In this document: positions 46,639 through 54,105 of the stretch, piece after piece
Layout of the letters: each line of letters opens with the position of its first letter
Numbering within the stretch: position 1 is the first letter of the stretch
NCBI GenBank assembly: GCA_965261185.1
Contig: CBDHCN010000002.1
Span: forward strand, 2,346,506-2,410,505
Direction: 5' to 3'
DNA from: Candidatus Aldehydirespiratoraceae bacterium
Lineage (GTDB): Bacteria > Actinomycetota > Acidimicrobiia > Acidimicrobiales > Aldehydirespiratoraceae
DNA length: 64,000 nt
Position numbers and translations under genes: made by a program
The notes under the pieces: generated by a model
Databases searched by the model: none
What the model saw: the letters and a program-made list of their open reading frames with translations, nothing else
What the model was told of the DNA's origin: nothing

Positions 46639-48045
46639 CTACTGGAGCGTTCCTGACACAGCGGCGAGGTGCCTCCGCATCCGGTGGTGCGCGAGGTCGC
46701 GCTCACCAGCGATTAGCGCGTCGCAGATCTTCGAATGCGTTTCGAGAACCTCAGCGCGAATCCCACTGCACATCTGGACCGTCCGCTGCGCGTCTTGCAG
46801 TCGGGTAAGCCGAAGGAGGATCCGCGCGACCAATTCGAGGACGCGGTTTCCGCCCAGCGAAGCGATAACTGCGTGGACATCATGGACCGCTTCGGCCACC
46901 TCGTCGTCACTCGCCTCAGCCTCGTCAACAAGGGCACGACTGAGCCGCTCCTCCACTAGTGCCGAAGGCTGCTTGATCACCAGATCGATGAGGGTGAGCT
47001 CGACAGTGGTTCGTACCTCGGCGAGGTCGTCGGTTTGAACGCCGTGCCAGTTGAGGTACACCGCGGCAACGTCGCAGACAGCGGATGCATCGGCCGGCAC
47101 CACGAACAAGCCGCCGCCAGGGCCGCGGCGCATCGCTGCGATTCGGTGATGCTCGAGAAGCCGTACCGCCTCGCGAAGTACGGCGCGGCTCACGCCATAC
47201 TCCTCGATCAGATCGCCCTCTGATCCCAGGAGAACTCCTGGTGAGAGACCTTCGTTGATCACCCGACTGAAGATCTCCTGCGCAATACTCTCCGCCCGCT
47301 TGCCACCCTGCCGGCCGCGGAGTGCCGTTACAGCGTTGAGTTCCTGTCGAGTACCTCGTCGGGCACGGATGAAGTCGGCTTCAGCCTGCAGATGGGCCGT
47401 CATTCGCTGCCGCGCCAGCGCGTCATCGCCGGCCATTACTGCGTCGGCGATCTTGCGATGGGCGTGTCTGACCGCGCCGATTGTGGGCTTTGAAATCTCG
47501 TTGACGTCGCTGAAGTAGAAGATGGCAAGGCGGCTGAGCATCTCTACGAACAGCTCAAGAGCCGGGTTGCCGGTTACCCGAGCCAGCAGACTGTGGAGCG
47601 CCCGATGGTCTCGCACGCGACCCGCATCCTCATCGTCGACAAGCTCCTGCAGCTCCACCAGGGCGGCCTCATCGACCCGAGTTGGCGCGACTGCCGTCAC
47701 GAGTTCTTCGATGATGCGTCGAGCTTCGAACAGTTCATCGAGCTGCGCTTCTGTGCGCAACAGATAGATGACGGCCGCGTCGATCACCGCGTCGACGACA
47801 GGCTCAGCGACCACCAGCCCGCCGCCAGGGCCGCGGCGCATGCGAGCGACGTGCTGATGCTCGACGATGCGAACGCCTTCCCGAAAGACCGCCCTGCTCA
47901 CGCCGTACTGCTTGATCAGCTCATCCTCGGAGCCGATCACCTCACCAACGGGCCAGTCGCGCTGCGCGATCTCGTCGATGATCTGCGTCGCAAGCCGCGA
48001 CGCCAACTTGTCGGTGCTTCCGGCCAGCCCTAAGTCGCGAGTCAT
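46639..48045 (-). CDS. Tandem double GntR/FadR-type regulator (two wHTH+FCD modules in one chain)
   Basis: 468-aa ORF. Module 1 is ...EDELIKQYGVSRAVFREGVRIVEHQHVARMRRGPGGGLVV.... Module 2 is ...EGDLIEEYGVSRAVLREAVRLLEHHRIAAMRRGPGGGLFV.... Each is followed by a helical ligand-domain-like region. Confidence 0.8.
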   Translation of the reverse strand: MTRDLGLAGSTDKLASRLATQIIDEIAQRDWPVGEVIGSEDELIKQYGVSRAVFREGVRIVEHQHVARMRRGPGGGLVVAEPVVDAVIDAAVIYLLRTEAQLDELFEARRIIEELVTAVAPTRVDEAALVELQELVDDEDAGRVRDHRALHSLLARVTGNPALELFVEMLSRLAIFYFSDVNEISKPTIGAVRHAHRKIADAVMAGDDALARQRMTAHLQAEADFIRARRGTRQELNAVTALRGRQGGKRAESIAQEIFSRVINEGLSPGVLLGSEGDLIEEYGVSRAVLREAVRLLEHHRIAAMRRGPGGGLFVVPADASAVCDVAAVYLNWHGVQTDDLAEVRTTVELTLIDLVIKQPSALVEERLSRALVDEAEASDDEVAEAVHDVHAVIASLGGNRVLELVARILLRLTRLQDAQRTVQMCSGIRAEVLETHSKICDALIAGERDLAHHRMRRHLAAVSGTLQ

Positions 48046-48240
48046 TGACTATCCGTCGCTCGCAGCTCGCTCGTACCCAGGTTGCGCATGTCCTCGCACA
48101 CTCCCAGGCTACACATGTCAAAGATTCGCGACGCCGACCAGAACCGCCATAGACAGCCACATAGGCGACCGCTTGTCGGCGTCGCTCTCGCCGGCGAGGC
48201 GCCAATGTCCCTTCGGTGTCGGCCTCATTCCCGGACCTCG

Positions 48241-49368
48241 TCACTGCCGGGGGAAGTTGAAGACTCGTCGAGCGTTGCCCTCAGCGATCTTGCTTGCCTC
48301 ATCATCGGGCACGTCGCGCAGCGCGACCTCAAGGTCTTCTCGTGAAGTCGGGAAGTGGCTGTCGCTATGGGGGTAGTCACTCTCGAACATGATGTTGTCG
48401 AGGCCAATGAGATGGCGTTCCTCGATGCCTGCCTGGTCGGAGATGAAGCAACCAAAGATGTGCTCCCGAAAGAGGTCCGATGGACGCACGTCAGGGTTCA
48501 CGCCCGTGTACCAGCGATGCCGCTCCCAGGTGTCGGCTGCGCGTTCGAGGACATAGGGGATCCATCCGATGCCACCTTCGGAGAGCGCGACGCGCAAGCG
48601 GGGGAACTCGTGAAACGTCCGAGAGAGGATCATGTCGATTGCGGTGAACTGCGAGTTCATGCCGAATAGCGCGATCGCGACCGCGAAGTTCGCATCTGGC
48701 GCCACCTCTGGTGCGCCACCGGTGCCGAAATGCAAGCAAAGCGGCATGTCGGCATCCTGCGCCGCCGCGAGGAACGGGTCCCAGTGATCGGTGTGAAACG
48801 AGGGAAGCCCTAAGCGATGCGGTGCCTCACTGAAGGTGATGGACTTCGCGCCCTTCTTGGCGGTTCGTTGTACCTCAGCGACCGATGCCTCGACATCCCA
48901 GAACGGAACCATCACCATCGGGATGAAACGACCTGGAGCGGCCGCGCACCACTCGTCAAGAATGAAATCGTTCCACGCGACCACGCACCGGCCCGCTAGC
49001 TCCTTGTCCTTGGCCCCAAAGAAGGTCGAGCCGGCGAATCCCGGGAACGACGGAAAACACATCTGCGCGTGCACACCATCGAGGTCCATGTCTGCCACGC
49101 GAGCCTTGACGTCGTAGCAGCCGGATCGCATGTCATCGAAGCTGACGGGGTCCAGCCCGAAGTCCTTGGGATCTTTGCCGGCCACCGCGTTCAGCCCGAT
49201 CGTCGGCATGGTTTGACCCTCGAATCGCCATGCCTGCCCCCCTCCGTCGACCTCAACCACGTGGGGCCCCGCTTCTTGATCCTTCTTCGGTAGCCGGTCG
49301 GTCCAGACGGCCGCGTGCTCGATCACATGGTCATCGACCGAGATCACTTGTGTGTCGTCAGGCAACAT
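48241..49368 (-). CDS. Amidohydrolase-2 family (ACMSD/LigW-like metal-dependent hydrolase/decarboxylase)
   Basis: 375-aa ORF with VISVDDHVIEH, FPSFPGF and a C-terminal ESDYPHSD, typical of PF04909-type proteins. Confidence 0.8.
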   Translation of the reverse strand: MLPDDTQVISVDDHVIEHAAVWTDRLPKKDQEAGPHVVEVDGGGQAWRFEGQTMPTIGLNAVAGKDPKDFGLDPVSFDDMRSGCYDVKARVADMDLDGVHAQMCFPSFPGFAGSTFFGAKDKELAGRCVVAWNDFILDEWCAAAPGRFIPMVMVPFWDVEASVAEVQRTAKKGAKSITFSEAPHRLGLPSFHTDHWDPFLAAAQDADMPLCLHFGTGGAPEVAPDANFAVAIALFGMNSQFTAIDMILSRTFHEFPRLRVALSEGGIGWIPYVLERAADTWERHRWYTGVNPDVRPSDLFREHIFGCFISDQAGIEERHLIGLDNIMFESDYPHSDSHFPTSREDLEVALRDVPDDEASKIAEGNARRVFNFPRQ

Positions 49369-49423
49369 CTGGGAGTCCTCTCTCGACGGGACGCTAAAGA
49401 GTATCCCGTTTTATGTTGAGCCG

Positions 49424-49543
49424 TCACAGCAGTCGACGAAGCTCCTGCTTGCGCACCTTCCCCGCCGGGGTACGCGGAAGCGCATCAACAATCACCAATC
49501 GTGTCGGCAGCTTGTGTCGTGCCAGCCCCGCCTGTTCACCGTG
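49424..49543 (-). pseudogene. 3' remnant of an acyl-CoA synthetase gene
   Basis: Minus-strand translation gives HGEQAGLARHKLPTRLVIVDALPRTPAGKVRKQELRRLL*, the canonical C-terminus of AMP-dependent ligases. There is no upstream continuation of the family sequence. Confidence 0.6.
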
Positions 49544-49600
49544 CCGTCCAGAATAAAGTATCCTCTATCAACCGTCGAAAGTCCGCAGGAGTTTCATCGC

Positions 49601-50443
49601 ATGGCCAGTTCGGAACCACACACGGAACCCGTTCTCTTCGTCGACATCGTCGAGAAGGTCGCGACCATCACATTGAACCGGCCCAAGCTCCGCAACGCGC
49701 TCAATGGTGAGCTCATCGCAGCGCTCGACGCTGCGGTCAAGGCTGTCGCCGACGACGATGCCGTCAAGGTGGTGGTGATCACGGGCGCTGCCGCCGATGG
49801 CCAGCTAGGCGGCTTCTGCTCCGGCGGAGACAGGTCGTCGAGTCGTGGATCGGAGGGCATGGAGCTTGGCGTCCCGCGCGATGCCCTCAAGGGTGAGCTG
49901 GCCCGACACGACACTCACGCCGCCATGCTGCTGCACCAGATGCCGAAGCCGACCATCGCGATGGTCGGCGGTCCAGCCGTCGGAGCAGGGTGCAGCCTGG
50001 CCGCCGCCTGCGACCTGCGATTCGCATCGCCCGACGCCGTGTTCGCTGCCAACTTCACACCGATCGGCCTATCCGGCGACTACGGCGGCACGTTTTGGTG
50101 GACTCGCATCGCTGGGACCGGGGTTACGCGCCAGCTCTACCTCCTCAACGAGAAGATCGACGCGGAGCGGGCCCTTCAGTTGGGGATGGTCCACGCGGTC
50201 GTCCCTTCGACGGAACTCAGCAAGTACACCGCCGAGGTAGCGGCTCGTCTAGCCAAAACGCCTCGCAAGGTCCTAGCGCTCGTGAAAGACAACCTCAATC
50301 AGGCCGAGGACGAGATCGAGCGGCGTCGATTCTTGTTCGCCAACGAGGCTGACAATCAGGCCAGTGCGGCGAAGGCGACGATGGCCCGCGTGAAGAATGT
50401 CAAAAAGGCAGCTTCACCTACCGAGCAGAACCCGACGAGCTAA
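49601..50443 (+). CDS. Enoyl-CoA hydratase/isomerase family protein
   Basis: Part of ORF 49352..50443. The ATG at 49601 is preceded by GCAGGAG. It contains VATITLNRPKLRNAL and VGGPAVGAGCSLA. Confidence 0.85.
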   Translation: MASSEPHTEPVLFVDIVEKVATITLNRPKLRNALNGELIAALDAAVKAVADDDAVKVVVITGAAADGQLGGFCSGGDRSSSRGSEGMELGVPRDALKGELARHDTHAAMLLHQMPKPTIAMVGGPAVGAGCSLAAACDLRFASPDAVFAANFTPIGLSGDYGGTFWWTRIAGTGVTRQLYLLNEKIDAERALQLGMVHAVVPSTELSKYTAEVAARLAKTPRKVLALVKDNLNQAEDEIERRRFLFANEADNQASAAKATMARVKNVKKAASPTEQNPTS

Positions 50444-50472
50444 CGGGCCATCGGCGGGCGGATTGACCCGGC

Positions 50473-51759
50473 CTACGCCGATTGCTCTGCCAAGCGGCGC
50501 TCCGCTGCAAGGTCGCGGTGGCGGTCCATTCGAGCCGATGCGTCGTCGGCCAGGTCACCTGGAGCCTCAGGCAACACAACGGCACCATGCTCTCGGCTCG
50601 GTAGCGCCACCGTGGCCTTGCCCGGGCAGGTCACAACATCTCGTTGATTCACGCCACGCATCTCGACTTCAACGAGACATCTTCCATCCTCGACCCGCTT
50701 ACCGACCACCTCGCCAGTGATGATGTGAGTGTCGCCAACGTAGTTGAACTTGCGAATCTCGCTGCTCTGTCGCACCAGCCATCCCTCGTCGCCCATCCAG
50801 TCCGTCACGAAGTGCGACAGGTGGCAGTCACGCATCACTCCGTAGTCGTATGCCATCGGGTTCCCAATTGCCTGCGCCCACGCCGAGTCCCAGTGGACGC
50901 GCTGAGCCACATCGGGGACGCCGTACTCGTTGGCCACATAGAACGGCTTGATCCGCTGTCGGTTCTCGTACGCGATCCGGTTCGAACATGGGGCATAGGG
51001 AACGAAGCCGTATCCTCCCGCATGGAACACGATCATGTCGGTGGTTGTGAGCGGACCTTTCGCCATCGGCGTGAGGGTCTCGCCGACCGTGACGTCTTCC
51101 CAACACCGCGCCTCTCGCCCTCGAGCGCTCTCCTGGGCATAAATCGCGTCGATCTCCGCAAGGTCGGCCTCGGTGTAGGTAGCGGGCTCGATCTTGGCGT
51201 ACTTGCCCTTCTTGCGGGCCGTCTTTCGCTCCGTGTGAATCGCCAGCGTGCGAGAGATGGCTACGAGCTCACCGTTCTGGTTCATCTTGAGACTGGCGTA
51301 GGTGATCAGCACTGACCGCTGGGCGAATTCTGACTCCTTCTCCTCAACTGACTCGATCCCCCCGTAGCTGAACAGCTGATCGCCTGCGACCAGCGGCCGA
51401 AACCACTCCCAAGAACTTCCCGATACGAATACATGAATCCCCCTAAACGAGGGACGCTTGACTCGAACCTCCGGCTTGTCCTCGTACAGCGGCTTGTTGA
51501 GACCAATCGGAATCATCGGCGGCGCGATCTGCGCCCCCCATCTCGTGGACTCCCCGTATTCCACAGAGCCGTACAGAGGATTGTCGTCGCCGTAGCTGCG
51601 AGCAAAGTTCCGCATCGCATCATGCGTGACCTCGGTGAGATGTTCTTGAGCGCGCGACGCCCGGTAGATGCCGACCGCCCTCCTCGCCTGCTCGATATCC
51701 TCCTCCCTGAACGTGTGATCGGTGGCCTTCTGGAACTCAGCGGATGTCTCTGCAGCCAT
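50473..51759 (-). CDS. Fused double hot-dog (N-terminal dehydratase-like + MaoC-like) acyl dehydratase
   Basis: 428-aa ORF. The N-half resembles the FAS1-like/MaoC-N hot-dog (NFARSYGDDNPLY). The C-half is MaoC-like (MIVFHAGGYG..., DTHIITGEVVGKRVEDGRCLVEVEMRGVNQ). Confidence 0.7.
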   Translation of the reverse strand: MAAETSAEFQKATDHTFREEDIEQARRAVGIYRASRAQEHLTEVTHDAMRNFARSYGDDNPLYGSVEYGESTRWGAQIAPPMIPIGLNKPLYEDKPEVRVKRPSFRGIHVFVSGSSWEWFRPLVAGDQLFSYGGIESVEEKESEFAQRSVLITYASLKMNQNGELVAISRTLAIHTERKTARKKGKYAKIEPATYTEADLAEIDAIYAQESARGREARCWEDVTVGETLTPMAKGPLTTTDMIVFHAGGYGFVPYAPCSNRIAYENRQRIKPFYVANEYGVPDVAQRVHWDSAWAQAIGNPMAYDYGVMRDCHLSHFVTDWMGDEGWLVRQSSEIRKFNYVGDTHIITGEVVGKRVEDGRCLVEVEMRGVNQRDVVTCPGKATVALPSREHGAVVLPEAPGDLADDASARMDRHRDLAAERRLAEQSA

Positions 51760-51838
51760 GGTTGCCTCTCAGGCGTCTCAGCCTAAAGAGTATACTCTTA
51801 ATGTCGGAGGCATCACGAAAACTGCTCCCCGGGACATC

Positions 51839-51973
51839 GACACGCAGGGCTACTACGCGGCGCTTCAATCGGTGTTCGACGTGCACAGCACGGGACACGG
51901 CAATGCCATCAGCGTCGGCGGCTATCCGATTCTGATGCGGCTCGACGAGATGAAGAAGAACATCAACCGCTAG
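51839..51973 (+). pseudogene. Duplicated 3' fragment (last 44 codons + stop) of the ech gene at 26844..27665
   Basis: It encodes DTQGYYAALQSVFDVHSTGHGNAISVGGYPILMRLDEMKKNINR*, identical to the C-terminus of the intact ech. The upstream sequence is unrelated. Confidence 0.9.
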
Positions 51974-52128
51974 CAGAGTTGCAATCCGGCTCCTACCGAG
52001 GGGATCTACTGCTGGGGTTCCGGTTGGGGAGGTTCGGGGGCGCGTAAGAGTATTGTCTCGATGCCGAAGTCACTAGCGGCGAACATTGCCGCCAAACATG
52101 AAGTGAGTCCGTTGGCGACATCATCGGC
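51839..52128. repeat. Right copy of the 290-bp direct repeat
   Basis: See the left copy (27531-27820); 288/290 identical by direct comparison. Confidence 0.95.
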
Positions 52129-52785
52129 ATTCATGAGGCCGGTACGAAATCCTTGGCGTTGCCAATGCACGAAGGTGGCGCCCATGGTTTCTGCGTCGAA
52201 GGTGTCTCCGAACTCGGTCGGCATGGTGGGTCCTAGCAGCACAGCGACGAATCGCCGACCGCCGAGCAGCTCCGTCCTCCAACCTTCAAGCGTCGCCTCT
52301 AGAGCTCGTTTGGCTGCCGCGTAGGCAACCAGCGAGTGGCGGGGCTGCAGCGAAGAGTCCGAGGAGAAGACTGTCACAACGGCGTCGTCGCTGAGATACG
52401 GGAGTGCGGCGGTTATTACCAGGTTCGGGCCGATGGTGTTGACACCGAACACCTGCTGCCAGTCGGCCACACTCAGGTCTGCCAAAGGGCGCAATGGTGA
52501 CATCCCCGAGGTGTAGACGATGCCGTCGATCGTCCCGCCGAGGAGCTCGGCCGCCTCGTTCACACCACGGCTGACGCTGTCGCCGTCGAGGACATCCATG
52601 GTGACCACATGTCCTGCGCCTGCTTCTTCCACGGCTGCTTGCAGCTTGTCGGTTCGGCGCGCCGCGAAAACCACATCGGCGCCTGAGCGCACCAAGGCGA
52701 TGGCAGTGGCACGTCCGCTGCCCGATGAGGCCCCGACGACCAGAAATCGTCGGCCAGCGAGTGCGTCGAAGGTTCTGTGGTCCAT
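52006..52785 (-). CDS. SDR-family oxidoreductase
   Basis: 259-aa ORF with VVGASSGSGRA, and YAAAKRA (YxxxK). Confidence 0.85.
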   Translation of the reverse strand: MDHRTFDALAGRRFLVVGASSGSGRATAIALVRSGADVVFAARRTDKLQAAVEEAGAGHVVTMDVLDGDSVSRGVNEAAELLGGTIDGIVYTSGMSPLRPLADLSVADWQQVFGVNTIGPNLVITAALPYLSDDAVVTVFSSDSSLQPRHSLVAYAAAKRALEATLEGWRTELLGGRRFVAVLLGPTMPTEFGDTFDAETMGATFVHWQRQGFRTGLMNADDVANGLTSCLAAMFAASDFGIETILLRAPEPPQPEPQQ

Positions 52786-52812
52786 TCTGGATTCCTGTCT
52801 AGCTCATGGACG

Positions 52813-53919
52813 CTAGGGAGTTTTAGCAGCCAGGCCGGCGGCTTTGCTGATCAGGTCCAGCACGATCGGGCCGAATGCCTCGACCTTCGGGTTCACTCCC
52901 GCGCCGGCAAGGAAACGGCTGTAGCCCTGCTCGAGCACGATCCCAAGCTTGAAGCGGGCGAGGATGATGTAGTAGTCGATGTCTTCGGTCGAACGGCCGC
53001 TGATCGTCTCGTAATGGTCGAGCATTTCGTCGCGGCTCGGCATCCCCTCCATGCTCAAGGAACTGCTAACGGAGTTGCCGTCGATGTCGCCGTCCGCTGT
53101 CGGCCACGACATCATCACCCAGCCGAGGTCCAATAGAGGGTCGCCGACGGTGGTCATCTCCCAATCGATGATGGCGGCAAGTTCTGCTGGGGCGCCATGG
53201 CTGAACATCACGTTGGCGAATTGATAGTCGCCATGCATGATCCCGGGTGACCAGTGGCGGGGGCGATGGTTACGAAGCCATTCGGCTGCGATGTCGAGTC
53301 CGGGGAGTTCGCGGCATTTGATCCGTTCGAGGAACGCCAGCCAGCGGTCGACTTGGCGTTCGTGGAAGTTGTCGGGGCGCCCGAAGCCTTCAAGCCCACG
53401 CGATTGCCAGTCGACTTTCGACAACAACGCCGCGCCGCGGGCGAGTTCAAGTCCCAGGCCTTGACAGGCACCGAGATCAGTGTCGAAAGGCGGGGCCCAT
53501 CCTCCGACATCCATAGGCGACCAACCGTCGACGGCCTCCATGAGATAAAACGGCATGCCCAATAGCTCGGTGTCGTCTGAACCGGCGATGTACTCAGCGT
53601 GGGGGACGTCAGCTCCTTTCAGCGCTTTCACAAGACGGTGTTCGCGGCGGATGCCGTCGAGCCGGTCGTCGACGGCGGTAGCGGGTGGTCGACGGATAAC
53701 CATCTTGTGTCCGCCCCGTTCAATCATCGTGAGCTCGTTTTGGGAGCCTCCCGCCAAGTCCTGCAACTCCGGAATCTCACCGGCACCGGGCACGCCGTTG
53801 GCGTCCATCCAGCGAGTCAGCGCCTCAACGTCGATTGTGCTGGTGTGAGTGCCTGTGTTGGTGTGAGTACCTGTGTTGGTGTGAGTGCCTGTGTTGGTGT
53901 GAGTGCCTGTGTCAGTCAT
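52813..53919 (-). CDS. Phosphotransferase (APH-fold) family protein with an N-terminal GTHTNT repeat
   Basis: Part of ORF 52813..53997, from the ATG at 53919; the rest of the track ORF runs through the tRNA-Gly gene. It contains IMHGDYQFANVMF and IIDWEMTTVGDPLLD. Confidence 0.85.
   Translation of the reverse strand: MTDTGTHTNTGTHTNTGTHTNTGTHTSTIDVEALTRWMDANGVPGAGEIPELQDLAGGSQNELTMIERGGHKMVIRRPPATAVDDRLDGIRREHRLVKALKGADVPHAEYIAGSDDTELLGMPFYLMEAVDGWSPMDVGGWAPPFDTDLGACQGLGLELARGAALLSKVDWQSRGLEGFGRPDNFHERQVDRWLAFLERIKCRELPGLDIAAEWLRNHRPRHWSPGIMHGDYQFANVMFSHGAPAELAAIIDWEMTTVGDPLLDLGWVMMSWPTADGDIDGNSVSSSLSMEGMPSRDEMLDHYETISGRSTEDIDYYIILARFKLGIVLEQGYSRFLAGAGVNPKVEAFGPIVLDLISKAAGLAAKTP
53842..53913. 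repeat. 18-bp in-frame tandem repeat GGTGTGAGT(G/A)CCTGTGT(T/C) x4
   Basis: Read directly. It encodes (TGTHTN)-type hexapeptides at codons 3-26 of the kinase-like gene. Confidence 0.95.
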
Positions 53920-53936
53920 CGGTGGCGGCCATTGAT

Positions 53937-54012
53937 TGGAGCGGACGACCGGGTTCGAACCGGCGACCTCAACCTTGGCAAGGTTGCGCTCTACCAACTG
54001 AGCTACGTCCGC
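53937..54012 (-). tRNA. tRNA-Gly (anticodon GCC), CCA encoded
   Basis: The minus strand reads GCGGACG-TA-GCTC-AGTTGGTA-GAGC-G-CAACC-TTGCCAA-GGTTG-AGGTC-GCCGG-TTCGAAC-CCGGT-CGTCCGC-T-CCA. All cloverleaf stems pair and it is 76 nt long. Confidence 0.9.
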
Positions 54013-54105
54013 AATCGGCTGTTTATGTTACCGCGCCGATCCCGATTCACGAACTCGAAGTCGTTCAGCTTCGGACACGGTATCGATCAGCAGTAGGGTC
54101 AGGCG

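Larger units (their letters stand above)
27821..51838. other. 24-kb catabolic gene island bounded by the 290-bp direct repeats
   Basis: The segment lies between the two repeat copies. It begins immediately at the stop of the livF-like gene and ends in the promoter region of the maoC-like gene. No integrase or transposase was seen inside. Confidence 0.7.

Noticed and set aside
27821-51838. Calling the 24-kb island an ICE, prophage or transposon.
   Set aside because: I saw no integrase, relaxase, transposase, phage structural gene or tRNA-derived att site. Only the 290-bp homologous direct repeats are present, so I kept it as a recombination-inserted genomic island.
53920-53997. N-terminal 26 codons of track ORF 52813..53997 (MVERNLAKVEVAGSNPVVRSNQWPPP).
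   Set aside because: This is the tRNA-Gly gene translated; AGSNPV is the classic T-arm artefact. The CDS start was moved to the ATG at 53919.
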